Notes: generated by a model not told the origin, from the sequence alone. A DNA stretch of 63,042 bases, filler included, from Intoshia linei (GCA_001642005.1; 5 parts of 5 records of this genome joined end to end with filler, not necessarily neighbours in it), one strand, 5' to 3'. Positions 25,520 through 41,300 are shown, numbered from the whole stretch's first letter. Numbers and translations: made by a program.

Positions 25520-26995
25520 AACATAATTTTTTGAGTAAAGATTTTTTTGTGCGGCCCGCGTAATAATTTTTTTCACATTTGGCCCGTCAAGCAAATTGAG
25601 TCTGACACCCCTCATATTGACCTATTTAAACCAGTCAACATCAAAATGTGACCAGAAAACCAAATCAGATCTTTTTTAATTTTTGGTTTTTAGTTTGATT
25701 ATGAATTACTTAAAAAATAAAAAAAAAACGAAAAATTCAACCTTTTCATAGATGAGGTTATGGGAAATAAATTAAGAAATGTTCCCAGTCTAATGAGATT
25801 GACCCATCACTAGGGCAAATTTTAGTCAATAAAACCAATAAAATTTATTTTCCATATATTTTTTTCACTGTAGAACACGAGAAAATGAGCTTAAAACATA
25901 TTTTAGTCAGTAACTTGAACATTATTTAAATATCAAAGAAAGCCAAATTTTCAACCCGAAGATGGTCTCGGTACGGTAGGTTCGGCTCTGCGAAACATGT
26001 TCAATAAATAAATTTGTACGAATTTGTCCATTGCAATTTATCTGTAATTATAACCGTCTATTTTGTCAAATTTCAAGACTTTTTTATGGTTCTCACAGAA
26101 AAATAAAAACATATGTGAATGTTAGTAGAAATAGCATTGTAGAAAACATTAATTTTTCTATTTAAAAGATACATTTTTTAATTTTTAAGGTCAATAAAAA
26201 AATTGCCCTACCCTTAACTTTGATTTGACTAAAAAAATGCTGTATTGAATTATAAAAAATTTGAGAAAATTTTTTGTCACAATTAAATAAATACTTGAAT
26301 GAAAAATAATAGATATACATTATCTCCCCATTCCTCCCAATAAAATCTAATCAAAATCAGAAAACTACGTCTTTCAAGTTTTAAGTTAAAACTATTATTT
26401 ATATTTATTTATTATTTTACATTAATAAATTATAGCATGATGAATAAAATTGATGGTTGAATGCGATAATTAAAAAAAATTATTTACGTTAAATTAAAAG
26501 TGGTAGAATTTAAAAACCCAATATCTAATAGAGTTTTCCGAAAGTGATGTTTTATCGTAAATTTCATTTTGATGGATCATGTCTTTCATGGTCAAAAACA
26601 CAATTAATCCTTTTTTTTTAAAATAAAATCAGCTTTAGATGATATAGCCTAAATTATGAGAATTATCATAAATCGCAACCTCAAAAACTTACCAGCACAA
26701 CCGGGGATTAGAAATAATTGATTGCAATCAATTAATTGGTTTTTTTCATATAACTGAAAAAATGTAAATTGAATCCTTTTATTGACGAATGGTTGGATGA
26801 AAAAATTAATTAATGAACAGAAAAATGATGTATTTAACCTACTAGCTTGACTTTTAATTACTTCGAACAAACAGCATCCTAGTATTCATTAACCACATGA
26901 CAAATTTCAGATTTTTTATCCTATTTGTCAATATAATGAAATTAATTTTATTCTTATATAAGTTTTTATTCCTAAAAAAATAATTGAAATGTTAA

Positions 26996-28522
26996 GAAGA
27001 AATATGATGAAGAATTGACAGAATATGAGAAGAATTTAGAAAAGATTTATAATTTATGTTCAAAATGTAAAAAAAATTGTGAAAAAATATTGAAAAAACA
27101 AGATTCAATTTTAAAAGAGAATTTGGACCGATATTATCGCAATAAAGATGTGAATAAAAATTCAAATGATAAAATAGTTTTAAAAAGTGGGTTTGCTCCT
27201 GGAAATTATCCTGTTAAGGAAATATGTTTGGTAATTAACACATTTTAATGTTATTATTATTATTATTCTGCATTATTTATTTCAGTAAATCCCATAAATT
27301 AGTGTTCCCAGCCTTGGTGTCTCTAGTGTCTCCGTCGATTGGTCGTTAGGTTGATAATTTTATAATAACTTATTTTAAGCAATACCTTTTGAATTTTTTT
27401 TAGATATTCGAGTACAGTAATATCTCACTTTAACGAACCAATTCGTTTCAAGTTTTTTGTTAAGCGGGAATTCGTTAAACGAGAGTCTAATTTAAATTGA
27501 CTTATTTTCATTTTATTTATTAAATTTGTTAAGTGAGGTTTTATTGTATTCTGAATCTTTGAAAATAGTAAAATAAATTTTCGTAATTTTTTTTACTCTT
27601 CCAGGGTCACCCTGCAGCGGTGGCGGTTAAAAATTTGTTTGACGATCACTGATTGATGGGATTAACGGTAACATTGTAAATATACAATTTAGGAGAGAAT
27701 GAGGAATATTGCATTGTACATTGTGGTTTTGTTTACATTGTCTGTATTGACGTTTTTACTTATTGAATATGGTGTAATTAACAATAAATGGGTAGTAAAA
27801 ATAATACCCTACATTACAACACTTTTACTGTGTTACTTTATCTTGACAGCTTTTATTTACATCAAACACATTTTTAATGGGTAATTAATTAATTAAATTT
27901 TATTTTTATTCATAAAAATATTTAGATTTTTAATTTGTGTTGTTATCGTAGTTTCTACTATCTTTGTTTTTATATACAAGTTTGATTTATCACTTTTGAA
28001 AAAGTTGTCTAAAATTATGTACAAATTTATTGCTATCAATGCTAGAACACACTTTTTGATAATTATTGGTCTTTCTACTTTGGTTGTTTTTTTGTTGCTG
28101 TTTAAACGATATAATCGTCAAAAATATTGCAAGTAATTTTTAAAATTTGATAATTTAATGTACATGTTAATTTATTTAATTTTATTTACAGATTCAACGT
28201 AAATTTTTACAATTATTATTAATTATAATATACATACGTATTTGAATATAATGTTTGGACCACTGTGGACATTTGTAACCAGAATCATCATTCATTCGTA
28301 AAATCATTTATTTTTTCAATAAGAATTTTATACAAATTTAACAAAATTGGCTAAAAATATAGCCAAGGTGGTCGAAACTTAAACATTTTAATTTATACTT
28401 AACATTTTAGATTGTACACAACAGTAAACGTTTCATTGAATGAAACCAATGAATCAAATATATCGTCTGTTAAATCACCATCATTTTTACAAGATTCAGA
28501 CCTATCTTCTACTGTATTCTGA
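26996..28522 (+). CDS. TMEM201: TMEM201/Samp1/Ima1-like inner nuclear membrane protein, 5'-partial
   Basis: KKYDEELTEYEKNLEKIYNLCSKCKKNCEKILKKQDSIL matches the end of Ima1_N (YDEE...LE..Y.LC..C......QN..L). Hydrophobic TM exons 27693-27880 and 27926-28131 follow, with a probable last exon 28411-28522. Confidence 0.75.
27415..27546. mobile_element. Small pogo/Tigger-like MITE
   Basis: TA-flanked imperfect TIRs CAGTAATATCTCACTTTAAC / GTTAAGTGAGGTTTTATTG. Confidence 0.55.
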
Positions 28523-29250
28523 AAATCATTTATTAATTGTCCTTGAATTTTTGTCTAACAATTGTGTCTATATAACTTATTGTCTAGATTCTAGAATAAA
28601 TTTTATTACTACCCATTTTAATTAAAATGTAATCAAGTATCACATGATCCGTTACAAATTTACTCTTAATAATTTACACCATTAATAAGTTTGTATAGTG
28701 TTTTAAATGTTAGCTTATTGGCGTATAATCGGTTTTTTTGTCGAGGCCTACGGCAATTTATTACACCAAATATATTGCCTTATTTTTTAACGCCGTTATA
28801 TTGATAAATCTCACCTTGAAAGGATTAGAAATGTATCCATAATTTCAGTTTTGGGGGCGTCATATTTTGTTTAATTAAATCCACTTGAATTTTAAATGCA
28901 ACTAACGTTCCATGTTGGTGATCTTTGAAAAACTCTTGTGTGTAAAATTAGTTTTAAATAATTTCCTCCAAATTGAAATCGAGTTTCTTGAATAAAATGC
29001 AATTGTTAAATTTGATATACTGAATGATTAGTAGTTTTCAATTAATGACTGCAGTCCAGTTACTCGACTGATCAACAATTTTAATCATTTTAATTAATAC
29101 AACCAATAATAATTGCGCCATATTAATGTCTAAACTAAAGATTGACTTTAAAGTCGATAGGCGTGATTAATAAATTTTAATTTAATATAATTTTAATTAA
29201 ATTTTTATTTTTTCACATTTTTTATTTATTGTTATTTAAAATTTCACAAA

Positions 29251-32072
29251 ATGACTAATCAAAATAATTCCACAAATATTGAAACCGATCAAAGCATGCT
29301 ATATGGTATTTTTATTATACTCTATGAATATTTTTTGTGACCTAATTCAGGGTGATCCAAACACATGGCGAGTGAGGTCTAAAAATTAAATTTTACAAAT
29401 TTCGCGGACCGCAAAATTAAAAAAAAATTATACACAACTATTTCATCATTTCTTCCCTTAGTTTTTTGCTTTTAATTCAATTTCAAAAGGCATTTTCTCC
29501 ATTGCACTACTTATTTACACAATACAAATATTTTTAAAGTTTTATAAATTTGGACATATTAATTCACTTTTCATTGATTATTTCAGCTATATCGATGTCG
29601 ATTTTAGTTGTTGACATTCGTCAGCAAGCATTAAGTGTATCATTATGGCAAGTATAAATCCACAAAATATATTACTAAAAAATTTCGCGGTCCACACAAT
29701 TTAATCTAGTAGACTACATGTGGTCCAAGGTCTACGATTTGGACCACCCTGCTTTAATTTATCACACTCGACTGAAGAAATCTAGGTTGATAAATCAATA
29801 CTTTGGTGAGGCGATAAAAAATTAGACCTAAACGATCAGTTTTTTTATTTGACCAAAAATGTTTTTATTACTGGGCAGTATTTTTAGAAAACGGTAACTG
29901 ATAGAATTGAAACTTAGAAAGGACGCTAAACATTGTTAATTGCATTGTAAAAATTTTTTCATGTTTTTTTTTCAAGATTTTTTTATTGGTACTAATTGTT
30001 CATATTTGTGAAAATGAAAATGAAGAGAATACGGGTCATGATGTATACATCGTAATTGAATTAAAAAATTAAGGCGGTATGGGCGGTCAATTAAAAATTT
30101 TGACAGCACAGTCGGGTAAGAATTGGTGAATGTTAACCCTCGCAGGACTCTATTAGAAAGTACTAGTAATGAAGAAATATAATCTAATGTAATTTAAATT
30201 TTAATGAATCATGTAAACCTTTCAAAAATATAATATTACGCCGAAAATATTATATTTTTATAAATGATTTCGAATCAATGTATCAAAGGTTTACATCATT
30301 TGTCTAATCAGTTTATAAATATTTAAAATTTAACTTTCCAAAGGCAAAATTTATAATTTATAAAATAATGAATGAAAAGAATTTAAACAAAAAAATATAA
30401 TCCTACTTAGTAGGATTATTTCGGTAAAAAACTGTAATGATGTAAACAATTAATCTCTATTTTAAAAAGATTAATTACTTGAATATCAACATAATCAGAT
30501 AAATGAAATAATGTCTTCTTTTGATGTGGCTCATTGAACCTTAATGGTTTAATTAAAAAACGTTATGAAATGTTAAAATGAATATTCTAAAATAAATGAA
30601 ATTAAAACAATTTGAATTTATTCATTTCACTTAATTGTTTATTATTGGATTTAAATGGGTTGTTCCATATAAAGTGCTTCTAATAGTCGGATTAAGGTGG
30701 AAAAAATTTAATGAAAAATAAAAAATTATATATATTACGATTTATTTAAGAAAGTAAGAAAAGTAGAATTTTAAAAATACCAATTTCTAATACAGTATTT
30801 CAAGGGTCAGATTTTATCGAAAATGTCATTTTCAGAAATTGAGTCCTTCAGATCAAAAACCCCATTTATCCTTTTTTTAAAAAATCAAACGAGTCATAAA
30901 ATTTAAAAATCATGAACATTATCATAAATTTCAATTTCAAAAACTTATATCATCACGGCCAAAACCACGAATTACCCATTATTTTAAAAAATGAAAGAAA
31001 CCAAGTCCATGAATTTTAAAAAAGATTACATTTATACAGTTATTTCCAGTTAACATACTTTAAAAATTTCAATTTCATCAAGTTAACCCTTAACGGTCAA
31101 AAAAGTAATTTACTATTTATTCTTTTTTTACTTCAAGTTGGCGAACACTCCTTTAAAAAATTGGTAATAGTGAATAGTATCATTTTTATGTAAGATTTTA
31201 TTATTAAATTTATTTTTATTTATAATATTATTGACATTTCACTTATAGACCTGTGTAAAGAAAGGCACAATACTAGTTTTACAATTTCTGATATTTTGAA
31301 AATGGATGAGCCTAAATCTATCACAAATCACAATTCAGAATGTCAAACTAAACAAAATTTACTCTACAACAAAATATACAATTGGATGAGAAACAGTTGC
31401 GCACAAAACTACCAATATTACATGAATTACTGCCAATCCTTTTCAAATAATCAAATATTTCCTCAATATTACATGTATCAAGGCCAAAACTACTGGGGTA
31501 GCACCAATTCTTACAACTCAAATTATAATGAAAAAATGAAAAATGAAAATACAAATTTTGAAGTAAATTTGAATTTTGAGAAAAGTAAAAAATGTAAAAG
31601 CAATAACGAAAAACGATACAAGTGTTCTTATTGTACTGCTGCTTTTTCTAGGTCTAATACGCTCAAAACTCATGAGGTGATTTCAAATTAAAATTTATAC
31701 AAATTGTACTAATTATTTATTAGAGAATTCATACTGGAGAAAAACCGTTTCAATGTCTAATATGTGCCAGGTATGTTTAAAATTTTTAGTATCAGCCTTA
31801 GTCTAAATTAAAAATTGCCCCATTTATTAAATATTATAAGAAAACGTGAATCTTGTTACATTGAAATAAATGAATTGAAAAATTTTTGGTTAATTCTAAT
31901 TCTTGGTGTATTAAATTGATAATGACAATTTAGACGATTTCGACAACCTGGAAATTTGACGAGACATGAAAATATACATAAAAAAATTAAAAAATATTAC
32001 TGTTCACTGTGTAATGTGGGATTTAGCAAAGAAATTCATTTACAACAACACTTGGAAAGAAATATTTGTTAA
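29251..32072 (+). CDS. C2H2 zinc-finger transcription factor with eh1 (Groucho-binding) motif
   Basis: Exons 29251-29305, 31249-31676, 31724-31770 and 31934-32072 splice in phase. Contains SFTISDILK (eh1) and fingers CSYC..[42 protein letters not shown], plus a third CSLC...H-x5-C finger. Confidence 0.88.
29348..29751. mobile_element. hAT-type MITE in zinc-finger gene intron
   Basis: TIRs CAGGGTGATCCAAA / TTTGGACCACCCTG; degenerate TSD ending TAATT. Confidence 0.75.
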
Positions 32073-32099
32073 AATTTTATTATTTGTAAATTATGTAAA

Positions 32100-32303
32100 T
32101 TAAATTTGTTGGTTGAATGGCGTTGATCTAAAATTAAAATTAATTTATGAAGTAAAGAAAAATTTTGAGGAATAACATTATCATTATTTTAATAAAATGT
32201 ATATAATTCAACTTACGCATAAATGGGAGTATCATTACTTGAACAATACTTTATAGATCCAATGGATTGCGGTGAAATAGATTTGTTCATTTGGTGAAAT
32301 GTA
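32100..32303 (-). CDS. Possible last two exons of an unidentified gene
   Basis: Good ttttag acceptors and a gtaagt donor give TFHQMNKSISPQSIGSIKYCSSNDTPIYA|STPFNQQI*. No family recognised. Confidence 0.3.
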
Positions 32304-33506
32304 CCTAAAATAATAAATGATGGATAAAAAATAACAATTCTACATATTTTTCATGATTTATTTATTCATTATTACAATTTTAACATTATTTTTACACTTA
32401 TTCCATTTTTATGTTTCATATTTCATTTTATGAATTAAAATTATTATAAATTAATTATTATAAATGTATATGTATTACATATATCGTGAATCAATTTGAG
32501 TAAATAGTCATTTGTTGTATAACCCTTATGATTATTTGATTAACGTTTTCGTTTTTTTACATCAGTTATGTTCATTTATATTTTATTTTAACATGCAATC
32601 ATCAATTTAAACGTTAATGATGTTTACAGTCTACACAAGTGGTTTTCAACCGAAAGTTACTCCTGTTAGGGGGGGTCGCGAAATTTATCAGGGGATCGTG
32701 AAGATTTGAACACAGTATAAAATATAAATAAAACTGAATATACTCTTTTTTTATCAATAAAATTAAATTAGAATATTATTCATTATCGTTCATTTATTGT
32801 TATTATTAGTGAACGTAAACATTTTATCAAAATGAAGAGAAGTTTCAAAGTATAAAGTTAATAATTTTCACGTGCCTTAAATTTAATCTAATTAACGATT
32901 TAAATTAGTTGGATAGTAGATCCCAGAGCCGAACATTAAAAAATTTCGCAAACGAATTGTAATGTTATATAACCCTATCCATATCTCTAAGACTCTTAAG
33001 TTGGCATTTTAAATATAAAATACAAATTATTTATGATATTCAAGATTTTTTTAATGCTCAATTTAGCAAATTAATTCTTCCACTTTAAAAAATTTTCTTC
33101 GAGATCCCACCGACGTCGAATCTCGGATACGATATGTTTGGCACTGGTAATTTGTTTATCATATATGTATAAGTATGTTTGAAATGAAATGAATATATTT
33201 TTTTAATTACGACATAGCAGCTACAACTTCAAAATAAATGTAAAATTTTTAATTTAATTTAAATTTTAAGGAAAAATATATAATAAATTCATACCAGTGT
33301 TACATTAGTGACATGTTCAGGATTAAAACGATTTTTAAGAAAAATTATATGGTTCACATACATTTTTTTTACAAGTGGTTCACCGTGGAAAAAGTTTGGG
33401 AACCACTGTTCCATATGATGATGTGGACCAAGAGAATTTCATAATAAACAAAATTATTAACAAGGAAGGTATAGTAATTGGTTCCAATACTGATGAAAAT
33501 TCTGCT

Positions 33507-33606
33507 NNNNNNNNNNNNNNNNNNNNNNNNNNNNNNNNNNNNNNNNNNNNTTAATTAATTAANNNNNNNNNNNNNNNNNNNNNNNNNNNNNNNNNNNNNN
33601 NNNNNN
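33507..33606. other. Artificial contig spacer
   Basis: N-run with TTAATTAATTAA. Confidence 0.97.
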
Positions 33607-35342
33607 ACACCAATATTTTTCAAATATTTTGATTAAAATAAAAATTGAAAATGTAAATATAATCCTACAATTTCAAAAAAAATGTGTATTGAACGTCTAC
33701 ACATTTCCAATAAAGTATAATTAAAATCTATATAATTCATTCCTTCGGATTTTTTTTCATTTCTACGAAATTTTTAACTTTCAATTTCTCATTTTTAAAA
33801 CATTTTATATAAAATTTAAATAAAAACTACAACAACAAAACTTAAAGTAATATAATCTTGTTATTATCATTTTTATATTTATTACAATCGTTTTCAATAT
33901 TGGTAAAATTCGCCTGAAATATGTTTAGAAAGTGAAGATTCCGTTAATTATTGATACATAATGGGTATTTTAAAGTATTTATTAAATTGATACTGAATAT
34001 ATGTCATCACATTGAAAATGACAAAATATTTTTTCTGGAATTTATGCTATTTATGACAATTTTTAGGATTGGACTGTTTTTACTTTATTTTTAATATTAT
34101 ACACACATTCTGTCTAATAAATTAAAAAAGTGGGATAACAATTGTTTTTAAAATTCTTTACGCAAATCGTAATAAAAAAATTAAGATGGAGTAATTTACT
34201 TTAAAGTAAAAAGTAATGTGATATGATGGTTCTACCTGAAACAAGTTTATTACAGTCAACCTAGTGTTTTATAAAATTTTAAAACTTTTTTCAGTTTTAA
34301 ATCAAAAGGCAAAATGGGTTTTTGACCCTTAAGGACTCAAATTCTGAAAATGAAACACGGATATAAACATCATCCACGTAAAACTGTATGAAAAATTTGG
34401 TTTTGTTAAATTCTACGACTTTTAATGTTTGAAATAAACCGTAACACACACAGGCATTCAATTTTATTTAAGTAAAAGATTACAGAGCCTCGGTGAATAA
34501 AGTCTGGGAACTTCTGGGTTAGTATATTTCTGTATACATTATTTTTTAAATCTATACATTAAATATATATTTTCATTATTGCGGTTTTTACGAAGGTTTA
34601 TTTTTAGGTAAAATACATTAGGAAATGTTGAACCTACCGTATCGAGACCCTCTTCAGGGCTCAACGAAACTTTTTAAAAATGGTGGTCTCCTTTTTCTAA
34701 ATTGACCATATAAAATTAAATTCTTGCTTATCATGACTATTTTGTGTCTTAAATTTAATTAAATTAAATTTCAAGTCAACAGCCCAGAAAGGTGTATAGG
34801 GTTATATGACACTACGCATAGCTTGCAAAAAGGTAGGTTTTGTAGGTATATGCGACACCTCATTTATTCATATTGATCATTTCAAAAAATTGTGTTTCTA
34901 GATATCATAATAATTTTGTAGCAAAAGTTTTATGTGGCAAATTCAAAATGTGAGTTCTAGTGCGTTTAAGTGCTTTTAAGTTATATGACATTAGACATCA
35001 TTTTCGAAAAATTTTTGAGTCTATTTTTATTTTCTGGTGCCTCAAGCATAGTAGGTTCCATTTTGACGTATTATATAAGAAAAATTGATAAATTTTTTGA
35101 TTTCGTACATTACATTAATACATCCAGTGCTTCCCAAATTTATTATGTATATACATTGAATATATTTATATCTTTGAAAATGTGTATTATCACAGTCATT
35201 CTCAAACTTTTTTAATAAGGGTCACCTCAAATGCAATAATCTGATTATGTTATTTATAAAGAGTCTTGAGTACTATGGGTTAATGCATCTTGTTTTTTTA
35301 TTTATTATTAATTTTTTTGCATTATAATTTAAATATTCTTAG

Positions 35343-38300
35343 ATACATTAATTTATACAAATCTCAAAAATAAAACAAATGATTTGACACAAGAATATAC
35401 ATATTGCAATAAAAATGAAGATGAAAATAAAATAAGTGAAGCGGAAACGGAAAATAGATTAAACAAAAAAATTGCAACAATTTTAAAGAGAAGCAAAACC
35501 GACGACATTAATAGCAACGTCAAATATGTTGATATAGAAAATTTAAAAAATGTAAACATAATCAAAAAATCTACTGGTAGACCATTAATGGGAACACATT
35601 TCATAGGCAAAAATAAAAAGACGACAGATTATCCAACAGAAAATTTAAAAGGATACAACCCACGAATATTCGCTTTAGTCGAGGATACTAACAATATGAA
35701 ATTAGTTCATATAAATGATAGAGTTAAAAAATGTGAAATTGTTAAACCCTTAGTACAACAAAAAAATACTGATGACAATGACAGCGTAAGTCCTTTCCAT
35801 ACTCTAAACATTACTAGAAATAAATTAAATTGTTTATTATCCAATGATAAATATATAAAAATAGTCAATCTCAGTAAAAATGACTACAGAATGCAGAGAC
35901 GTCGCCAAAATGCACAGAAAGGTTTAATTCCAAATTTTGAAGTAAATCAAAATGTTAAAACTGACTGCAAACCTTTCACGCAACATGACAGCAGAAAATT
36001 AAGACACAATCGTTTTTTTACTGAAACAAATGATAAACCCAATTATCAAGAAAATTCTATTAATGCTTCTAAACTACACCATTTTAGCAATCATGATGAT
36101 CATAGTGTTACTCAAGAGGAATTGAATTTTGCTATTAATAAGTGCAAGACTATTCTTATCAGAGATAATTCCAAAAATACTTTGACTAAAGATAATCAAT
36201 ATGCATATAATCCAAATTTAATACCCAAGGAATATTACAATAGTTTCATTGACATATACAATAAAAAAACGCCCATTGATATTGAATCTGATTATGGTTA
36301 TACAGAAAAGGAAAAACGAAATAAACAAAGTACTTTTATTTTGTTTGGTTGTACGGTAACACTTGTACCACTCTTTGAAGTTTATTTCATTTGCACCAAG
36401 AAAATCTAAATTTTTAAATTTTCCATTTAATATTTCAATTTTATTTTACACTTTACACGCATTCTGGAAATGTTTAATCTTATCTATTTCTCTAATTAAT
36501 TTAAGTTGAATTTTAACTCCCATATAAAGTCATTTATTATTAACATTAATTACTGGATATTTGTGACACTGTGCTTTATTTAAAATTAAATTAAACGGAG
36601 TATAACATATGCTACATTAAATTCAGTCTGTCTTTATCAGTAGGATTTGTCTATAAAATTAAATAATTTCAATTCGATCTAAATGACAACACCCAGTCAT
36701 GTTAAATTTATAATTAACATAAAATATTATAATAGAAAAATTTCCATAACAAATCATGTATAACTATCATTAAAGGATTTAAAAATATACATTTTTTTAA
36801 TTTTCTCAATATTGTAAATTTTTATTGCTTCTATCAATAACTTTTTCATTTTGTTGCATTTAGAACCACTCCAAGTTATTGCAAATTTATTCAATAAGGA
36901 AAATAAAAATAAAAACTATAAAAAAACAGATAATTTTACAATTTCTACTAAAGATTCTCAAGTATATTTGAATACAATGCAAAGTGTGAACAATTATAAA
37001 ACTCAAGACATGCCAACTTTGAGTAAAATGAAACAAAATCTATGTGAAGTTAGTAGCCGCGATGTTTGTTCCAGATCTCAACACATTGAATATTATCATG
37101 AAGACGTAATTTTATTTGTTGTTATATCTGTTTTCAAATGAGTCAGTGATCCACTAGGTTCTAGTCACTCGGATAATGTATCTTTAACTTAATAATTCAC
37201 TTTAAAATAAAAAGTAATGTGATATGACGGTTCCAAGCTAAATAAGTTTGGGAACCACTTCTTTAATTGATAATAGTTAATAATAGCATTTTTAAGTTAG
37301 ATTTTCTTATTGAATTAATTTTTTTGGTAGAATAAAAATGTGCCTTCGGCAGAGCTAGATGCTATTTGTACGTAGTACATAACAGTCAATTAGTAAACTA
37401 TAAACTAATTATTTAATTTTACTGGTTACTGTAATATACCCAAAAATGGTAGACTAATACCAGCACGTGCTGGCAACACGTCTGGACATTACATATCTTT
37501 TTCGATTACCTATCGAACTAAAATCCAATTCTGTCTCGAGAATTTTCAAGATCTAATGACATTTAAAAATAAAAATCTTGTCACGAAATAATAATAACAA
37601 TAGACTTTTAATATTTATTCATACAATTAAGAAAAAATTTTTAGTTTAAAGATGTGAATAATTAACTTAAACTAACATGAAAAAGTTGAACGAACACTTA
37701 AATTATAAATCACATTAATGTTACACCTTTATGTATAATATAAATTAATTTCGACTTCTCTTATAGAAATGACTATTTTTATAAACGCTTGTTGAATTGA
37801 ATAATTAGTAAAATATAAAACACCAAACTACACATTTTATTACTAATACAAATTATACATTGCAAATTAAAATGCATTATTTGAATAAATTTCAATATTG
37901 CGTATGTTATATTAGAATTAAAGTAATTTTCATTTTGTTTATTTGTGAATTTTTAATACTTCATTGTATGTATCAGAAAATTAGATTGCTTATTTTATTT
38001 TAATTCACATTCACATACGTTTTGAAATTGGATTTCTTGTTGAACAATTTTAAATTTTTCATCTATCGGTAATTTATTTTATTTTGATAAGATTTAATCC
38101 AAATTAATTGCGTCATATTATTGATTACATCATATTTAAAAATTATAAATATGTTAATTCATAAAAAACGCATGCTGCCATATGTTTAAAAGTGTATTAT
38201 GTATCATTCAGTATAGTTATTTGCATATCAAATGCTGAGTACCGTATTTTTCGGAGTATAAGGCTCACCCTTTTACATGCAAAATTAGGAATGCGCCTTA

Positions 38301-41300
38301 TACGCCAGTGCGCCTTATATGAGGATTTTGCAAGGGAAAATTTTTTTCTAACTATACATTGTAATATTTGATTCTTAATTTTTCATAGATATCTCTTAAT
38401 AAAATTTCTCGCGCCTTATACGCCAATGCGCTTTATATGTGAATTTTGTGTTGTAAATTGTTTTTTATACAGGGTGCACCTTATACTCCAAAAAATACGG
38501 TATATTTTTTTCCTGTGATTTTAATAAAGTTGGACAATTTTTCTATTGGAAGTTCCGATTTGGAACTATTTAAACATGTTCTACCAAGTTTCAGAAAAAA
38601 ATGATTTTACCTGTAGACGATAAGTGACGAAATTAGTAACCACATAGTCGTTAAAAATACATTACGAATGCTTATACCAGTGCTTCTCAAAGTTTTTTAA
38701 GCATTCACCCCCTGTGACACTTATTTCTGTGCTATTCTCCCCCAATAAAACAATTATTATGACATGTCATAATTATATAGAAATCCACAATTTGCACTTA
38801 TAAATTGTACTCAGTACAGTAAATATATTAAGTACCAATTTAATAAATACTTAAAAATACTAATTATGTATTAATAAATAACTGAATCTTCATGTTATAA
38901 ACATTTCAGTCGAATTTTACCATTATTACAAAGGATTGTAATATAAAAATGATATTAACAAAGTTTTTTTAGTTTCTTATTTAAATTTGAATGTTTTAAT
39001 AAAAATGTTTTGAAAATGAAAATTTGAAATTTAAAAATTGCGTAGCAATGAAAAAAAATCCGAAGGAATAAATTATATAAATTTTCACCCATATGTCTTT
39101 ATTGAAAATGTGTAGACGTACAATGCACATTTTTTTTGAAATTGTAGGATTAATATTTACATTTTCAATTTTTGATTTTAATCGATATACATATGTATTT
39201 ATATACATATTATATTACATATAGATATGTATTTGAAAAATATTAATTGATAATATATTAAAAATTTTTTTTCACCGGGAATGCGTAGATTTCTGCGGTT
39301 GAAATGTTGTATTTATATCAATTGGAATAAGCTCTATCAGAATAATAAATATTGGTAAAAAAGGAATTTTTTCCTTAAGGGCTGGTAAAATTTTGGTTTT
39401 TTCACATATTTGATTAAATTGAATAAAATATGTTAAAAATTTATCATTCATCCCCTATTTACCCCAATCATCTAATATTTTAGTATTCACCTCTTCATAA
39501 AAATATTCACCCCATGAGAAATACTGGCTTACACGATTCTAAATATTTCAGGCATTAATATCTTTACTTTGTCTGAAACGATAATTATTTACCTTTCAAA
39601 ACTTTATTTTTGTGTGACTATATGGTTATTAGTGGTGTGAATTTTATTATTTTTTTCCGACATTTTATTATCCAGGAACGGATAAAGTCCTACTTTATTA
39701 GAAATTGGGATTTTTAAGTCTACGATTGTCAATTTTTTAAATACACTCAAAACAGTATACATTCAGCGTCAAAAGTATATCAACAAAGTATTTAGATTTA
39801 ATTATTAATTACAGCAACTATCTTGTGATTTCTATACGGTAACAGAAATTCTATTTTATATAAATAAAAGATTAATATAATCTCGCATTGACACCAAACA
39901 CAATCTACCCACGAGTATTGACGGATGTCAATGAAATTTATAAAATGTACATTGTACGCTTTATTTATTTTGTTTATTACGTTTGGAAACCACTGAAAGG
40001 TCACTGTGGGTCATTTTTTTAAATTAAATGTTTATTAATTATAAATTTAAATTCATTAGACGAGTATGACATCAAGACTAATGCGCTGGAAAAATAAAGC
40101 CAAGAGAAAGATTTTAAAAAAAAATGTGTCAAATATACAAATACCAGCATTCACAAAAGTATAGGTTTTTATTATTTTTAAACTCTGATGATTGAAATCA
40201 GTGTTTCTTAAGGAGTCGTGCAATAAAATTTTGGGGAACAGAAAACAATATAAAATAGTGCCGACCTCTGTTATATATGATTCTGTTTAAACTTTGAAGT
40301 ATAAACTAATTTTTAGAAAATGTTAAATAATCCAATAACACCCAATTTATCAAAAAAAGAAAAAAAAAATTCTCTTGTAATTTTTAAAATGATTCAAATG
40401 TTTATGGATGATCGAAACAAAACAAACATATCTCAAGTTGACATTCTGCATGAAATTATTTCTTGTTGTTGGAAACATAATTCTCTCAAAAATGAATTTT
40501 ATATGCAACTAATTGCTCAAACAACTGGAAATGATTACGTGTAATTAGTTATACATAAACATAAATAATCCTATTTTCTCCTGCGGAAAAAATTGACTTA
40601 TAATGTGGGTTTTTGAAATTTCTGGAAGTGTCAGTTTTCTATATAAATATGTAAACACCCAGATAAACACAGACACACAATTTTAGCAACATGTCTTTTT
40701 ATATATTCTACTTGTAAGTTAGAACTGTGATTCGTTATTATGATTCATAGTTAGAATAGGTGAACAAGAAAATAATGTAATATAAAGAATACAGTCCCTG
40801 ATTATTAAATGGGGAAATGTGACCCTTAGCCAATCTAACGTCTGCGCATAACAAACCTATCAATACAAACCAATATCCAGAATACTTTGTATGCGTTAAT
40901 AGTTATTTTAGCATGTTGACTAATTAATGGGGTCACCATCTCCGTCAGATATTGAATTGTGTATTTTTTCGTGTATAATGTAAGTTGTATCTAAAATTAT
41001 GTTTAGGGAAAGTTTGGTGAAGGGATGGGAATTGATGTCTTTGACGTTGTGTTTTATAGAACCTAATGATGAATATGAAAAAATATTACATGATCATATT
41101 TCCAAATTCACCTCAGAGCCTTTTCAATCAATGAAAAATGTAACGTTATATTTTATAAAAATTGCATTACGTTGACAAGTTTAAATTTAATATTCAATTT
41201 TTTAGTTGCAATTTATGAGAAATTTCAATATTGATAAACTGGCAGAAATTTGCTTGAATAGATTGAATAAAAATTATTCTCTTTATTCTCGACCACTTAT

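Noticed and set aside
28640-29130. Coding-looking minus-strand segment with 34-36-nt intron candidates; one model has an in-frame TGA
   Set aside because: No stop-free spliced model or recognisable family and no SECIS seen, so selenoprotein or readthrough is unsupported.
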